Source: Mobula hypostoma (lineage: Eukaryota). Taken from it: a DNA stretch of 64,000 nucleotides. The translations under genes were made by a program, and so were the position numbers. Positions 62,917 to 64,000 of this stretch are shown piece by piece. The first letter of the stretch is position 1. The number at the start of each line of letters is the position of its first letter. The DNA lies in NCBI RefSeq assembly GCF_963921235.1, contig NC_086097.1, positions 84,012,001 through 84,076,000 of the forward strand, read 5' to 3'. Under the pieces are notes generated by a model. The model saw nothing but the letters and a program-made list of their open reading frames with translations. It had not been told where the DNA came from and did no database searches.

Positions 62917-64000
62917 TGTAACAGTGGAGGTTGCTGGGCTGGGTTTGAACTGGGATTGTTATGCTCAAGTTTTGTTTCTTTAATCAGTGGTCTTCAAGGA
63001 GAGACTTAGACCAGGTGGACCCAAGTGCAGAGGGGACTGGAGATGAGGATGGAACTAAACAAAGAATCTTTACTTGTGAACTGGTTAGTAGAGAATACAT
63101 GCTAGGACTCAAGAATCACTACACACAGGGTAGGTAAACTCAGGACTGAGCAAAGATGAACAAAACAGAAAACTTAAATAAACAACAAGACACAGTGCAC
63201 TGATAACTAAGATAACACATAGGTGAAACTAATCAACTAACAATTAGGGGTGCAGGAGTATCGGAACCTGGAGGACTTTGGGGCCCCCAGGTGGTCAGAC
63301 TGAGGCATGACAGGAATCCCCATACCTTTTCCTGACTGGCTGCTGACATCCCAGGGCAATGGTGAAAGGTTTTGATCAGGTCTAGGTCCAGAATGTCATG
63401 GGGGTGGCCGGGGGGTACCCACAGTGTTTCCTGTGGGCTATATTCCTCCCATTTCACCAAGTACTGGAGCAGCCATGAACCAGAAAAGGATCCAGAAGCT
63501 AACAGATGGTGAACACTGGCAAATGATGCAAAGAGCTGTGGGCAAACTCAGGACCTTGCCAGCAGACTGCACAGAAGGAGCTTTGGATGGCAAACATGGA
63601 AGGTGGAGTTGACATTCATGGTATATGTCCACTAAAGATGGTAAATAACTGGGTTGATCTGAACCTTGATAGTCTGATGTAGCATGGCACTGGTTTCTGA
63701 GACTTAAACCACAGAGGGATGTCGTTGATAGATAGATTTTTTTGACCAGGAGGGAACAAATGCCGCAGCAGACTCTGATGGTTGGCTTGCTACTGTTGTT
63801 ACAGAGAGGCCTTCGGCAGGGCTGCCTGAACTTTCCTCCATTTTTGCCAGCAATGGCAAGCTAGCTGTTCAGCAGACAGGACTTCCACCTCGGACTCCTT
63901 CTAGGGAAACAGAAGTGGGGGGGGTGGGGGTAACCAAAACGACTCTCGAAGGGAGACATACCAGTAGAAGAGCAACACAGTGTTATCAGCAAGCTTTGTC
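62917..64000 (-). mobile_element. Gypsy chromovirus-type LTR element: 3' LTR (~62917-63312) and decayed integrase/chromodomain end
   Basis: TGTAACA...CATGACA LTR shares GTGGACCCAAGTGCAG with the other LTRs here. Minus-strand QYLVKWEEYSPQETLWVP...DILDLDLIKTFH is a chromodomain. Confidence 0.8.

Overview
This is vertebrate genomic DNA, not prokaryotic. The repeat families (CR1-type LINEs, V-SINE/HE1-like SINEs, Rex1, Penelope) suggest a cartilaginous fish such as a ray; that assignment is inferred. The one clear host gene is an SRSF5 (SRp40)-family SR splicing factor on the + strand. It has a CpG-island promoter (~30.8-31.4 kb), a probable non-coding exon 1, seven coding exons (31972-56902; 786 nt, 261 aa) and a polyA signal at 57146. 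Intron 5 has no transposon I could recognise and carries a block resembling the conserved SRSF5 poison (NMD) exon, with two alternative acceptors that both hit early stops. Most of the rest is nested transposons, many with readable termini and target-site duplications (TSDs): CR1, RTE, L1, Rex1, an R4-like element, Gypsy LTR elements, Tigger, Harbinger and Penelope. Points of interest are decayed minimal hammerhead-ribozyme motifs in the Penelope terminal repeats, an ORF1-only L1 with both ends intact, and a TRIM-like miniature LTR element. I found nothing I can support as a wholly new biological system. Family assignments rest on recalled motifs, not database searches.
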